64,000 bases of DNA from Botryllus schlosseri (lineage: Eukaryota), in contig CM119373.1 in NCBI GenBank assembly GCA_051294905.1, positions 1,738,001-1,802,000 of the forward strand. The letters run 5' to 3'. The notes below the pieces were generated by a model that was given only the letters and a program-made list of their open reading frames with translations, made no database searches and was not told the DNA's origin. This document shows, in pieces, positions 27,781 through 41,186 of this stretch. The position numbers were made by a program, and so were the translations under genes. The first letter of the stretch is position 1; every line of letters starts with the position of its first letter.

Positions 27781-29529
27781 CTAGTAGAGAATTCAAAATA
27801 ACAGCGTATATCACCACTCGTAACACAAAATTAGTGAATCTGGAAGTTTTTCGCACTTCGCGCGATCTTAACCGTTCCCATAACGTACCCACTCGCAATT
27901 TGGGTGCTGTAGTAAGCGGGTATGAAATAATATAGATAAGTCCGGAGCTCATCGGAAATGGACATGGATCTCTTAATATGGGTAGTTGGCGTCCAGCTTG
28001 TTCATCGCGACTAACCCCTGGAATGCTGCCGTAGGCTACATCATTAATCGAAATGCAGCCGTGAATAGTAAAAAGGTTGGCGACCCCTTGCAAATGAATT
28101 CCAGCTAAGCTTTTCATTTAAGAGAGCTCGTTTCTCATGCACTTGAAATTCAAATCATTCAAACTTTTTTTTATAATGGTGTCGAAGCATATACACTTAT
28201 ACAATCTTCCAGCGATTTCAATACCAATTGACAATATATACCAGTATTTTATTAATCTGTAATATGTATTGTGCTGCATCCGGAATATTTCGCGATCGGT
28301 ATTTTTCGTTACATGTCGCTACATCTCTAATCGCAAAACCATGTATTCATAGGAACCCATTGTAAAATGCCAACATGTAACAAGGTCTTTGTAAACGCTG
28401 GTAACGAAACGACCGGCGAACGCCAATTATCAATATCTATTATAGGATAATAACTCATGGTATAAATCTAGCCGACTGAGTGAAGAAAATCGATTTAGTG
28501 TTTGATGCTTGACTCAAGTGTACTCGGGATCCAATTTCCTAGTTTTTGATCACCCCGCAGGCCACAGCGTCAATATGGGGATTCAATGTATTTTTAAGTA
28601 TGTCGCATTTGACGCGGTGAAATTGTATGACTGAAGGTTAACCGAAATAGCAGACTGAGATTCCGCAAATATGGTGACATTGTGATTTACTATTTTTTTT
28701 AGCAATTTATACGTGGCACGAATAAAAACCACCTTTATGAATATTTGACTAGAACTGTCATTGTACTTGTCTGGGAGTACGCCTCATTTGTCAAAATCAT
28801 GAGGAATAGGCATCATAGCCGAATCTAGATTTAGGGTATCATATTGACAAGTATAGGCTATTGATTATGTCATTGCCCAAGTCAAAATAAATTGCGTTGC
28901 ATTCAACTTCACTAGTGTCACAGCGGTGGAGCGTAGCACTACGGTATTACCATCTTAAATCGGCGATAAAGATTCGGATAAAGGGTTCAAAGATGCAACT
29001 GACTACACATTAAGGTTGTAACAGAATGCTCAACCATGTGATAACAACTTGCTTCGATAGCGAAATATCATGTCACGAGCTTATCATCTATTACGAACCC
29101 CGGGACACGCGAATAATAATTTTTCCGTCCATGGTTATAACAATGTCACGACGTTCTGACTTACTCGGAGGCAACTCGAGTCATTTTCATCCTGTCACCG
29201 AGTCATTTCAAGTAACTCTACGAGAGGTCACCTGAAATTCCAAGTCACATTTTTCAGTCTCAAATCATGGATCATGCTTCATCATCATGATAAGGCTATT
29301 CCATGGAATATCAGATCTTCCACCGCATGGTACCGTTTGAAAGTGATGCCATAGAGCGAAGTTTGCTCAGTAATTTTATGATTTTTGAGCAAATTTGAAG
29401 TGAATGATAACTTCTGAAATCTGACAAAAGTAATGTTGCACATAACTAATGCCAAGTATAGCTTACTTGGAAAACCAACGTTTTCACGTGGCTGCGAAAA
29501 ATGTCCTCGCGGTTCGCGTGTTTGGTACC

Positions 29530-30040
29530 CAGGCTTAGAGCATGCGGATTACTACTATCAAAACTATTGCTGGTGTAAATAGAGAAAAGAATTTTCAGAT
29601 TTGGCATGACGTGACCGGTGTATTGCGAATTAATCGCGAAATATTCGACAATACAAAATTTAAGATATTAGACCCAAAAGTGAGCATTTCAACCCACACA
29701 GGTAAGTTCTCTAAGATTACTTGTAAAATGTAAATTATGACGGAGGGAGCTATGTAGAACAATAACAGAGAATTCGCAATTCCCGTGTGTGAGACCTCTG
29801 GCTTGGAGCATGCGAATTACTGCTAGCAAAACGATTAATTGTGCAATTGAGAAGATAATTTGTAGCTTTGGCATGACATTACTGGTTTATTGCGAATTAA
29901 TGGCGAAATATGCGGCAATACAAAATATGCGATTTTAGACCGGAAAGTGAGCATTTCAGCCCACACAGGTCTCCTTTCTATTGCTGCTCGTAAAATGTAA
30001 ATTATGACGGAGGGAGCTATGTCGAACAATAAGAGAGGAA
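29530..30040 (+). repeat. Local ~270-bp tandem duplication
   Basis: gctt(a/g)gagcatgcg...gtaaaatgtaaattatgacggagggagctatgt occurs twice. Confidence 0.85.
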
Positions 30041-30336
30041 TCTAGCTTACACGCAGTGTGACCTAATGCTCATTCTTTACGTGGGATTTCGAGGTTGCTG
30101 ATTACGAATATCGCAAATGTTTTGCCAGATTGACACCAGAAAAGAAGATATTTTAACCCCTAAAAGAGAGCTTCAAATAACTGTATTTAACCTAAAACTT
30201 TTCAATTGGTAGGAAGTAAATCTTAGAATTTTTAATTTTATACCGCACACAAATATACAATCGATTATGATGAACATCCATGTCGTTCTCAGTTATACCA
30301 TCAACACTAACATGACCCGATGCGAGAACTTTGTTA

Positions 30337-30817
30337 CAGGGTTGTGACCAAGTCACAAGGCTCCGAGCCACAAGTCAATCCCACTTTTATGGTTTTGACT
30401 CGAGTCAAGTCGAGTCATTTCAATTCACCACCGAGTCAAGTCCGAGTCCAAGTCAGCGAGCAGAGGGTCGAGTCCGAGTCATGGACTTATGACTCGAGTC
30501 CCAGTCAAAGTCATTGTAGACTGCTCAGTTTTCAGTTTAAGTCTTGGTAAACTCACTTTTTATACTTCTGTTTGGTGATATCAGATGTTTCGCATTTATA
30601 ATATACCAGTTTACCTCAATTTCAGCAGTTTCTGGTCGCATATTCAAGTACCAGTACTAACAGACGAAAACCTAATAGTGTGTTGGCTTCGGAATTACAA
30701 TGAAATGGCGGTCTTGGCCGTCTGAGTCTCGAGTCAACGACTTGGTTCGAGTCATGCGCAATGACTCGAGTCCAAGTCGAGTCAATACACAGATTGACTC
30801 GAGTCATTACAACCCTG
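30337..30817. mobile_element. hAT-type GACTCGAGTC MITE (same family, opposite orientation)
   Basis: CAGGGTTGT...ACAACCCTG, TSD ctttgtta/cttcgtta. Confidence 0.85.
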
Positions 30818-31096
30818 CTTCGTTATAAAAAAATTGTCAAACCTAAAAAATGTACTTTTGCACAATGGTAATATAATTTATCTTGTACCAATCGGTCATT
30901 CTACCAAGATGAAAGGGGAGTATGAAGCTATCAAGTTTGTCCCTGGAAAGCAATTTAAGAGGCAATTTTCAACTTTATAACTTGAGAAGACATATGTGAT
31001 TCATATATATCGTCAAATTATTAAAAACCCAAAATGTCGTCGCGGGACGCACAAAATGCTCTGGCGGGCCGCGTGTTTGAGACCTCTGTATTATAT

Positions 31097-31780
31097 GATA
31101 ATACCTCATGGTATAAATCTAGCCGACTGAGTGAAGAAAATCGATTTAGTGTTATGCTTGACTCATATGTACTCGGGATCCAATTTCCTAGTTATTGATC
31201 ACCCCGCAGGCCACAGCGTCAATATGGGGATTCAACGTATTTTTAAGTATGTCGCATTTGACGAGGTGAAATTTTATGACTGATGGTTAACCGAAATAGC
31301 AGACTGAGATTCCGCAAATATCGTGACATTGTGATTTACTATTTATTTTAGCAATTTATACGTGGCACGAATTCGATAAAGGGTTCAAAGATGCAACTGA
31401 CTACACATTGAGGTGGCAACAGAATGCTTAATGTTGCTATAACAACTTGCGTAGTTAGCGAAATACCATGTCACGAGCTTATCATCTATTACTATCCACC
31501 TGGACACGCGAATAATAATTTTTATGTCCATGTTATAACCATGTCACGAAGTTCCGAGTAAATCGGAGTTAACTGGAGTCATTTTCATCCTGTCCACGAG
31601 TCATTCCGAGTAATTCTGCGAAAGGTCGCCATGTTTATCATAATGGAATAGCAGATCGTCCACCGCATGGTACCGTTTGAAAGTGATGCCATATATAGCG
31701 AAATTTGATCAGTAATTTTATATTTTTCGAGCAAATTTAAAGTGAATGATAACTTCTCAAATCTGAAAAAAGGAAATGTA
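31097..31780 (+). repeat. Partial duplicate of 28447-29430 with internal deletions
   Basis: Near-identical 'ctcatggtataaatctagccgactgagtgaag...' block. Confidence 0.85.
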
Positions 31781-33447
31781 GCATTTCATTGTCATCAATT
31801 TCTCGGAAATCCAAAATTTCGACGCAAGCCGCACTCAATGAACTTGCGGCCCTCCTGTTTCAGACCCTGGCTTAGATCATGTATATCACTATTGGTTGCC
31901 GGCTTGACAGTAACTTAAATTAGAGGATTTTGAAAAGAGGCCCCGAGCCCCTAACCTTTAACACGCCACTGTATTAACCTCTTAAAGACATGTTTATACT
32001 GCAAAAAGAATAACTATACTGGCCGTGTAGAAGATTTAATAACAAGATACTGCAATATAGATAAATTATTCACAAATATAAAAATTTCGCAGAGAGCCAT
32101 ATATTATGCCCAAAAGAGCCATCCATATATGGCTAGCGAGCCATAGGTTCCCGACCACTGAACTATAGAGTATGTTTTCGAACCCGCGTACCACCCCTGC
32201 TATATGGGTGTGAATATACACCAATGGCACACGAAGCCAGAACCCACCTTAAACTTATATCGCGGTATGAATCGAGTACAACATTTTAATTCAAATTTTG
32301 CATGTACGTAGGCAAGTAGGAGTTATGACCGCGATATAATTCTGAGTTAGGTCCTGTTTTCTTCTACCACTCTTTTCGCCCTTTGGGTGTGAATGCAAAC
32401 TCTTTTCGCTAAGAGGAGACTTGAATAAGATAGGAAGGTTACAAACAAAACGCGCAGTTTATCATTCATATTAGAAATCATTGTATACTCTACCAGTTGT
32501 AAGCAAAATATACGAAAGAACAGTGCATTGATTGATTCGATATGCGTGTGATTGCACTGTGAGTTAATAACCTGACAAAAATTAAAGGCCACTGCAATGT
32601 GATCGATTGTCGCTTAATTACCTATTTACGTCTATGCTCGAGCAGTATAGCTAACCCGTCGCTTCCACAATTGTATGTCTTAAATTGATATTTATCCAAA
32701 CTTCAAGTCAAGAGTATCGATGTGCAAACCTGAATTTATCAGCTATGAAATTCTAAATTCGAAAATATATAAAACAGACCCATATTGATCGAATGAACCC
32801 TAGCAATTTTGATATCTGAAATCTGTTCATCAAACAACCCGTTTGTTGGAATTCACAATCATATGTCGAGAATCAACATCTATGACTTTTCAGTGCCTTG
32901 TGATGGGGGTGCAATTCTTCAAAAAAATCAGAAACCATACCGTATTCTTTATTGCAGTCTTAACATAGAGGAACCCTATATAAATAGATTGATGTAGCAA
33001 TTATACAATTCGTTTATTATGTCGAAACTATAATACACCATGTCGCCCGATACTGATATCTTGATATATAATATAATGAAAAAGAATAATATTGTTAATA
33101 TTTCGTCTCCTCCAGCTTCAGAAACTGCTCATGCTCATCTTCGACAGTACAATACCCCCGGTGCCTATTATGGCGTGGCGGCTGTTGCATAAGCCACCAA
33201 ATGCATCGAAGTCTATTCACCGAACCCAATTCCAACGTCCGAGTTTACGGTTTAATCTTTTGTATTCTTACCAGCGCCCAACACCCGGTTACGACTAAAA
33301 AAGAGTGGCTGGATAACGTAGTGGTATAATCCACTGCTGCGTCACCTATGGGTTGCTGGTTCGTGTCCGACCAATTTTGACTCTGTAGAATTCCTACTTA
33401 AGTGCTGGAAGTTATCTACGCTCCTCCTCCCCATCTCATCCGCGTAA

Positions 33448-34700
33448 CAGACTTGGACAACTAGATAATTATAGTTGTCTAATTTCACTAAATTAGAGCG
33501 GAATAGCAGTCATCTAATTCTAATCTAATTTATAAAATGTTTCTATGCTCTTCTTAGAATTCTAATTCTGATTTTAATCTAATTTGCGAATTTTTCTTAT
33601 GCTGTAATTTCAATTCTAATCTAATTTATTGTTTTCCTGAAAATGCCTATTTGACCGCGGCATGTTTCAGCGAGTCCCTCTCGACCATGGAAATCCACAG
33701 CCAAGCCGCCATCGCATTACTTACACCGTAAAAATTAGTAGTTGTTGTGCGACGAATAATAGCCATACTGACATATAGTAGCTTGTTAGATTGTTTTCCT
33801 GAACAATTGTGACGCGTATCGCCTAATCATGTTATTTGCGCCATGATAATGAATGTTGCAATTTTCATTGATCTTTGCCTTTGGAACTGTTTTTGGACTA
33901 CTTCCAGTCACGCGTCCATTCATCATCGATATCTATCTCGTTTTCATGTGTCCTAGTCAGTGTCTTTTGCTGACGATTTTCGAAGCTCGACTTCACCTGA
34001 TCAATTTGGGGTTTTCGTTCGGCACTGCATACGCAGTGAGGTCAGCTACAAATGAATCGATATTGGGGACATGTTGCTAGGTGAGAGACTATCTCATCCT
34101 AAAGATTGATTGTGGGGACGCCCAGGGCCGTTTTCTAAGCGTCTTGGTCTTGGGCTTGGCGGTGTCGGGTCCATTGTACGTCATGGCAACATGCCTATTA
34201 ATACCAGCTTACTCTCCATCGATGCAATGCTGTTGCCATCGTTGAAGCCATTTCCGCTATAACGAGGAATAGTGTTGTTGAGGACAGACGAATAGGTTTA
34301 TTTACAACAACAACAATAATAATTTGAAATTGAAATCAATTTTCGCATTTCCAATGCTTTATTCAAGTTCTTCCAAATTCACAGATCAGGTCGCCGGCCG
34401 CAAAATGCAACCTCGCGGGCCACGTGTTGATGACCCCCGGTATAGTGCAAAATGAGCAAAGCTTGATATACAGACGTTAACCAATCTCTTTGTTATGAGA
34501 CTCCACTGTGATTGGATATGAACTGAACTTTTAGCTGTATTTATTTCTCATTCAGAATTTCATTCGATTTCTAAGTTTTTCCGAATTCAGTAGCCAAATT
34601 CCAATCGTATTTGTAATCTAATTTGGAAAAATTGTATAGCTCCGATTTTAATTCTAATCTAATTCGGAAAAGCTAAACAATTTCTAGTGGTCCCAGTCTG
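33448..34700. mobile_element. hAT-type element (CAGACTTGGACAACTAGA ends) inserted in a SINE; other copies 8052-12641, 21628-22814, 56258-~58210, right end only ~1278
   Basis: 18-bp TIR with 2 mismatches, 8-bp TSD CCGCGTAA; the SINE continues across it and an uninterrupted SINE body exists at ~54380-54545. Confidence 0.8.
33640..34300 (+). pseudogene. Decayed intronless class-A-GPCR-like pseudogene fragment (copies ~11670-12150 split by an insertion, ~21755-22430, ~56450-57110, diverged ~600-930)
   Basis: Across the copies, frames read NA(F/Y)LTAAC..L...KP.SHYL (TM1-2-like) and PFIID(I/M)YLVCIRPLRCLLLT..ARLQLINL (DRY/PL-like TM3-ICL2-TM4); stops and frameshifts present. Confidence 0.45.
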
Positions 34701-37046
34701 CCGCGTAAGCGGCGTCTTATAAAAACCTATGAGTGGGCTGTGCTGCAGGTCAGCAGCTACGAAATTTAAATGAAGCACATTGGCCTGGTGTAAATGACCA
34801 TAGTAGTCGACAAACACCATGAATACCACAAATCAAACAAACAAACGACTAAAAAGGGAGCATAAAAATACGCCAACCTAATCGTCACTGATTTAGCGCT
34901 CCATAACTTTACTCAACAGGCAAAGCATCGCATTTTTGCCAATTCCATTGTTCGCGAATAAAGTCGTTGCTAGAATATAAACACCATGATCCGTGATCTG
35001 ATTTAATGTACTATTATGTGTATATGATCGATACTAAAATATTCAAGTGAAAAATAAAGACATGTGGCAAAATTTTGAACTGAGTTGTCTGATGGTCCGG
35101 CCCGTGACAGATTTGAAGGTTTGAATCCGACCAGCGTCGCGATTTGAGTTTGACAACCCTGCTCTAAGCTGAATCGCCATGACGAGATAGCATAATGGTA
35201 TGATCCACGGCTGCAACACCAATTGGTTGCGGGTTCGATGCTGACCGAGGTCGACTCCCGAATTCCCAGCCAAGTGTTACAGATTTATCTAGGGCTATGC
35301 TCCTATTTATTCACCAGATCAGCGGTAGTGGTTTGTTAAAAAAGCCTAGAAGTGGATCGTGCTATGAGTGCTCTCAATATTGCAGGCCCTGAGTATTTTT
35401 AGCACAGCGATCAATGTATTTTTTTTTAATTAAATGCCTCTTGGCTTTGCATTCAGGACAGTTTGTTTTACATGCAATCGAAATTTAAATCATTGGTAAA
35501 CCATAGTATATATTGCACGACATTAAGAGCTGGTGATTTTGTCTATTATAACATTTGAGATTCTATATAGTTGCTGAGTGACGTAAATACCGAGTGAGTG
35601 TCTCACTTCGATTTCCCAAAAGTATTTATGAATACTGGCTGAGTGCCGTACAAACCCTAATACTCTCGTTATTGAGTGATCACTAGTAACCCAGGTAGCA
35701 CGACTACTTGGGTACCGGAAGGTATTAAAATGGGACGAGGTCCGGGTACCAAGTGGGGAAACCAATCGGTACCCGTACCTTTTTGGCCCCATATTACAGA
35801 GGTATTTTCTGTGGCACCATGTGGGTTACCCATTCATTTATGTGGGGATCCCACGCTTAGACCTCAATCCACCCACTACAGTCGTAACTGATCTAATCAT
35901 ATCCCATGAACCATCATCTATCACTTACATACCAGGGAACCCATATTAATAAGAAAAAGGCTCCCACAGTTACCTGGAACATTGGTATATTGCAAACGTA
36001 CAAACGAAAATACCAAAATTGGCATATTGCAAACAAACGAAGATGACAGGCTTGCACAGTTATCTGGAACCAGACTTGGACAACTATAGCAATCGAATAT
36101 AATTTGGAGCGACATTCAATTTTTAATGTGGTTTGGAAAAAAACTGTAGGACGAATCCTAATCTAATTTGGAAAAGCTGAAAATGTTTTAGTTGTCCAAG
36201 TCTGTCTGGTAAATTCACAGATTGCAAATAATAAACAAAACTAACGAAAATGTACAAATACAATAGACTAGCAGTGGTGCACAAGTCTAACAGGGCTGTT
36301 TATTAATTCTTTTTAAAATTTCAATGGCTACTTGATAAATTGTTAGTTGGCTGCATACCAAATTTGGTTCAATTCCTACCTGTAATCGCATTGCTACAGG
36401 AGAAAGTTTTGGATTGACTATATAATATCTAAATAATATTTCTTTCCAATTATTCTGTCTGCTTTATGAAACTGTTAGGTGGTCACCATAGATACCAACT
36501 ATTAACTACGCTTCCAGTTCCACTGTTTCAAATGGAGCCGTATATGATGTTGAGAGTTTCTTAGCCAAATTAACAATTTGATCGAGTAGCCAGTGAAATT
36601 GTTTAAAAAAAGTCATTTTTCAAAAACGATAATGTTCAATCGTTCATACTCACTCAGAGGTGGCGCATACTTTCAAATCACAAGATGTTTCTTCGCGAGC
36701 GACCAAACAAAAATGACTAGTGACACCATAAATTGACTGGTACAATACTTGAAAATACATTCAAGAAGTTCTGCTATAGCTATTTGACATGTTTATGCTG
36801 ATTTGACACACACTAAGTGGTCATTCAACACCTAGAATTGGTGTGAACGTATACCAAAACTACTTGAAATTTTCAACCACTATGAAAAACTGTTCAAGTA
36901 GAAATATCAAAAAAATTGATAATCGAATCAAGTACACATAATCCGTCGTTTTGAAAGAGTAAAATACTTGTTACTGACCACCACTGTCAGTATGTCCTAG
37001 CACCGAAGCGGCCAGATGAGTGCTCAATTTTATGAAATGATTGATA

Positions 37047-38894
37047 TCATTCTGCGTTGCTTTTTTCTATTTCTGGTTGAAGACGATTGCAATCCTGTGT
37101 CGCTCCTGGGTATGAATTCTTCTTTGTCATGAATCTTGAACCACCGGCACGATCTCTTGAATTGGTGATCCACTTTCGCATGGCACGTTCAATATATTTT
37201 TCGGTGCAATCTTTTGTGTTGATGTTCATCTTGACTGCAGCTGTCGAAGGTAAATCAATTCATAACCGATTAAAAGACATAAAAATTACTCGGGTATTAC
37301 CAAAAACCCCTTTAAAAATGATTGTGTTCTTCAGCTTAAATTTATCATTTCGTCCGAAAACGCTGCAGCGATTTGCGAATTCGTTCTGCAATAATCTCGG
37401 CATTACCCGTCTCATGAAGTCATCGGAAGTATCGCCACCAATATTAGCCAGAGTCTTCACCTGTACGAACGTACGAGTTAGTACAGATCTTTGTTTGCAA
37501 AAGCAAAAGTTTACCATCCGTTCGAAAACTCCCGGCTCCCTTGCAAAAAGCTGATCCAAATTCTGTAGTTTTTCACCGTCTTGTATTGGAAACACTGAAG
37601 GTAGTTCTGATGTCATAGACGCGTTGAAGTATGGCAGAATCAGCTCCATGAAATGTTCTATTCTCTGGATGCTACGCGACATTCGATTGACGTCCGATTG
37701 AAGATTCACCAATCTGCGACCCATGGTTTTCGATTCAGCCGATATAACTGTAGCATAAAATAATATTTTTTAATATTATGCATCTGCTGAATATCAATAC
37801 AATACACACCAGGATTGTATTGATTTGTTGAGGATATAACTGAGGAGGGCACTTCTTCACCACTATCAATATCAGTGTTGTCGAGAAACCGATCAGGTTC
37901 ATTGTATTGCCTGTCCGAACAGCGAGACTTGGTGAATGATGCGGGTACTTCCTCACTAGGATCATCTTCCCTGTCACCGAGGGACTGACTATGTTGCCCC
38001 TCCAAGTAGCAATACTTTTTTGCTGAAAAATGATAAAGCATTGTGCTAGCCATCAAGTTACAGAATCAGAAATTGGATAATTGATTTGATCTGTACCTGA
38101 CTTCTTAGAATTATTTGGCCGCCACACAGGTGGTGGACATATGATCGGGCTATCATCATCATCGGTGTCACTGCTTGTCTCTTCTATCAATCTTCTCTTC
38201 CGAGAAGGGATCACTCTGAAACAAAAATGGGATATTGACCGACTAAGTATGCAGGGCAGACATTCCATGATAACGGTAGGAAATAACTGAAGTATGGAGT
38301 TATTAGACACAATTTTTTGACCATTAATGATGTATAAAGATGAAAACTGCCACCATCTGAAAACGCTGTGTCGATATATATTTTCAAAAGTCGAAAAAAG
38401 GAGAAAGACTTATCACCACCATTTTTTTGTTTGTTTGAAATTTGTAGACCTGTGTTATCATTAGTCATATTTTGAAGTTCCATTCCATAGAGAAGACTTT
38501 TAAGAGTATTTTGCTTTACTTCCGTTTAGCTGGAAGTGCTCCAGCAGATTCCGAAAGCTCGCAATCCGTCTGCCTCAGAGATCTTTGCAATTTCTTGTTT
38601 GCCTCTGCATAGTCATCTAGGAAATAATAAGTAATACAGTAATACGCAAGGATAGGTCTATCCAATACGCGTACGAAACATACTAGTTTCGGCCAAAATT
38701 TTAACGGCATGCAATGCCCAGGTTTTTTCAGGATCTCTGAACTTTTTCAGCAACTTGTCAATTTTGTTAGATGACATTTTCGAGGGCCAGGAGCATCGGC
38801 CATTTTTTCCAAGCCATGTCTTTGGCACGACAGCTGCCGACACCTTGTCCTTGCTGTCTAGGAATTCAACCACACAATATACTTTCTTCGACAT
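37047..38894 (-). CDS. Spliced EnSpm accessory gene, DUF4806-type (YCVVEF..VVPKTWL..W-P N-terminus; LANIGG...RKWITNSRDR C-terminus)
   Basis: Exon 1 38894-38684 (MSKKVYCVVEFLD...), GT-AG intron, exon 2 from 38616 (NDYAEANKKL...), further short exons to the stop at 37047; internal exon boundaries only partly resolved. Confidence 0.75.
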
Positions 38895-39059
38895 TACGAT
38901 TATGGATCTGTCAAAAACAACAAGATGCATGTTGTCAATACTGTCACAGGGAAAACCTATATATGAGGTGGGTACGACACTACCGCGTGGCAAGAAATGA
39001 TTAGGTGTTGGGCCTATAATTGAAGATCAGATTTTTTAAATACTTTTAGCGCACACATA

Positions 39060-41186
39060 TCATATGGATTGATGAATCAAAGGGAAAACCACGTACGCAT
39101 CATTGACATCATTTGCATCAGGCAAGACTACCAGCTTGTGACTGATATCTGTTATACTCGCGGTATGCAGATTTGATGATAAACGGTTTACCCGTTTAAT
39201 CCCAATCAAGGTCGAATCAAACGGACGGTCGAAGAATTTCTCAGAATGTCGAAATATTTGATATACTACTGAACCACTGGAGCCTCCGGAGGAATTTTGC
39301 AAAATATTCTGAATCATACATATTTTGTTATGAATATTCACACAATTGTCCCCTTCATTCAAGGAAAAGGACAGAGCATCAGATCGAAACCGACGGAATT
39401 GTCTCTGGCCCTCAGATTTGGGTCCAGAATAGTACTCTTGACAAAACTGAGGAGTCAATGCTTCATCATGCCCAGGCTCACATTCCCTCTCAGAGTTTTC
39501 TTTCTCATTAATCCTACGAAGAATTTGGGCAATTGGATTGCGCGAGCTCCGAACCAAGCCCTTCAACTTTCCAAGCATGGATTCAAAAGGAAAGCAGGAT
39601 ACGTTTTGTAATGACCCATAGCGCTTCGCATCAGCAACAAGATGGATTACGCTGTGAACGTTATAAACCAATGACTCCTTTCCATATATGCAGGAAAATT
39701 CTTGAACAAAAATCTTTAGAAGGCACTCGATGTAGTCATAGTCCAAACCATACGCGTTGTCATGTAGTAAGCACCGAATGCAAACCGACAAAAGCAGGAA
39801 ATTTCTATATACTTTCTTTTTCAAAATTCCCTTGAGACATACTGGACCAGTATATAGGAGGAATTGGCGAAATTCCGTTGCTTTCCACAACTTTGATTCA
39901 AGGAGCGATCTTGGCTTCCGAGAAAATTCCTGTGATAAATGTGGCCTTAAACTCAACAGCGTATCGGAAATCTTCCTGATATCCCTGGCATGCAGTCTGA
40001 CTGTCAACGGGCCGGGTGGAAATACCCAATAATACAGTATTTTCCGTACAACGCCCAAGCATATCAAATGCTGATAGTCCAAAACAACCTGCGACACCAT
40101 GCCGATACCGAGTTCCACCAAAGGCGATTGGTGCAGATGGTGGTTTTCATCTTCCATCGTGCAGAAGGATTCGTCAGTGCGGAGTGTTGCATGAAGTTCT
40201 GGAAAGATCATTCTACCTTCAAATTCGCCTTCTTGTATGCAACGCTCACATGAGCTGTACCCACTATGCCCCTTTATTCCTTTGATAAAACTTCGTGCTT
40301 GTGAGTCACATATAACAGCATTGATTGCCACCTGATATGTCTTTTCCTGAATCGTCATTCCATTAACCATAAGATCTTGCATTTCTTCGACAAAGTCTTT
40401 TAAATATTCTGCTACTGATGATGGCTTTCCGGGTCCATAAAATATGGCCACGACAAATGGATCGAATCCTTTCAACTCTTTCACTTGAGCAAGAATGGGC
40501 CAAAGGGATGATCTTGCACTTTTGAAAAGAGGTATTCCATCCACGTTAACATCAATGGTGATTTGCTGTATGCTCCTCCTCAGTACTGCTCCTTCAATAG
40601 CCTTTTGCAGGCCTATGTAATCATATAAACCTCCTGACACATTTTTAATTTCATAGTCGTCCGTTCTCATTGTTTTCAGCAACGTTCGGGGATCCTTTGG
40701 CAAATCTGATTGAGTGTGAATGCGGAGTATCATCAGCAATTCACGAAATGCACAATGAGTTATATTATGCTTACATGCCCAGTCCCGAAGTAGTGCGGAT
40801 AAATTACCAACTTTTCGACCATCAGGTGACTCCTCTTCTGAACTAGACCAGTCTGCAACATCATCCATTTGAGTAAACGTATTGGCATCAATATGTGAAG
40901 TACTGGTAACTTGAAAGACACCATCATTGGAATGATCATGACGAGTAGTGGGGTTCCATTGTGTATCATATTCATCAGGGTAACCACATCGAACTGAGCT
41001 ATCACGATGCCTCTCAGCCTGTTCCAAGCTATTAGAGGGTCCTCTTGCGATCTCAGCTTGAATTTGCCCCTCAGCCTGTTCCAAGCTATCAGAGGGTCCT
41101 CTTGCCACCTCAGCTTGAATTTCACCAAGGTAAATTTCATAAGCCTGTTTTCTTCTCCGACTCCGCGTTCTTTTAGGTATATCCAT
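39060..41186 (-). CDS. EnSpm/CACTA-type transposase, 708 aa, intact single ORF
   Basis: Motifs VNVDGIPLFKS..LWPIL, ICDSQARSFIKGIKGHSGYSSCERC, LDYQHLICLGV, FSRKPRSL..WKATEFRQFLLYTGP, YNVHSVIHL and SCFPFES are typical of animal EnSpm transposases. Confidence 0.92.
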   Translation of the reverse strand: MDIPKRTRSRRRKQAYEIYLGEIQAEVARGPSDSLEQAEGQIQAEIARGPSNSLEQAERHRDSSVRCGYPDEYDTQWNPTTRHDHSNDGVFQVTSTSHIDANTFTQMDDVADWSSSEEESPDGRKVGNLSALLRDWACKHNITHCAFRELLMILRIHTQSDLPKDPRTLLKTMRTDDYEIKNVSGGLYDYIGLQKAIEGAVLRRSIQQITIDVNVDGIPLFKSARSSLWPILAQVKELKGFDPFVVAIFYGPGKPSSVAEYLKDFVEEMQDLMVNGMTIQEKTYQVAINAVICDSQARSFIKGIKGHSGYSSCERCIQEGEFEGRMIFPELHATLRTDESFCTMEDENHHLHQSPLVELGIGMVSQVVLDYQHLICLGVVRKILYYWVFPPGPLTVRLHARDIRKISDTLLSLRPHLSQEFSRKPRSLLESKLWKATEFRQFLLYTGPVCLKGILKKKVYRNFLLLSVCIRCLLHDNAYGLDYDYIECLLKIFVQEFSCIYGKESLVYNVHSVIHLVADAKRYGSLQNVSCFPFESMLGKLKGLVRSSRNPIAQILRRINEKENSERECEPGHDEALTPQFCQEYYSGPKSEGQRQFRRFRSDALSFSLNEGDNCVNIHNKICMIQNILQNSSGGSSGSVVYQIFRHSEKFFDRPFDSTLIGIKRVNRLSSNLHTASITDISHKLVVLPDANDVNDAYVVFPLIHQSI

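Larger units (their letters stand above)
33304..34848 (+). mobile_element. tRNA-derived SINE with (CAAA)n tail, split by the hAT element (copies at ~7908, ~21510 partial, ~56114)
   Basis: Head tagcgtagtgg...ggttc in the copies; body resumes after the TSD and ends caaacaaacaaac. Confidence 0.65.
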
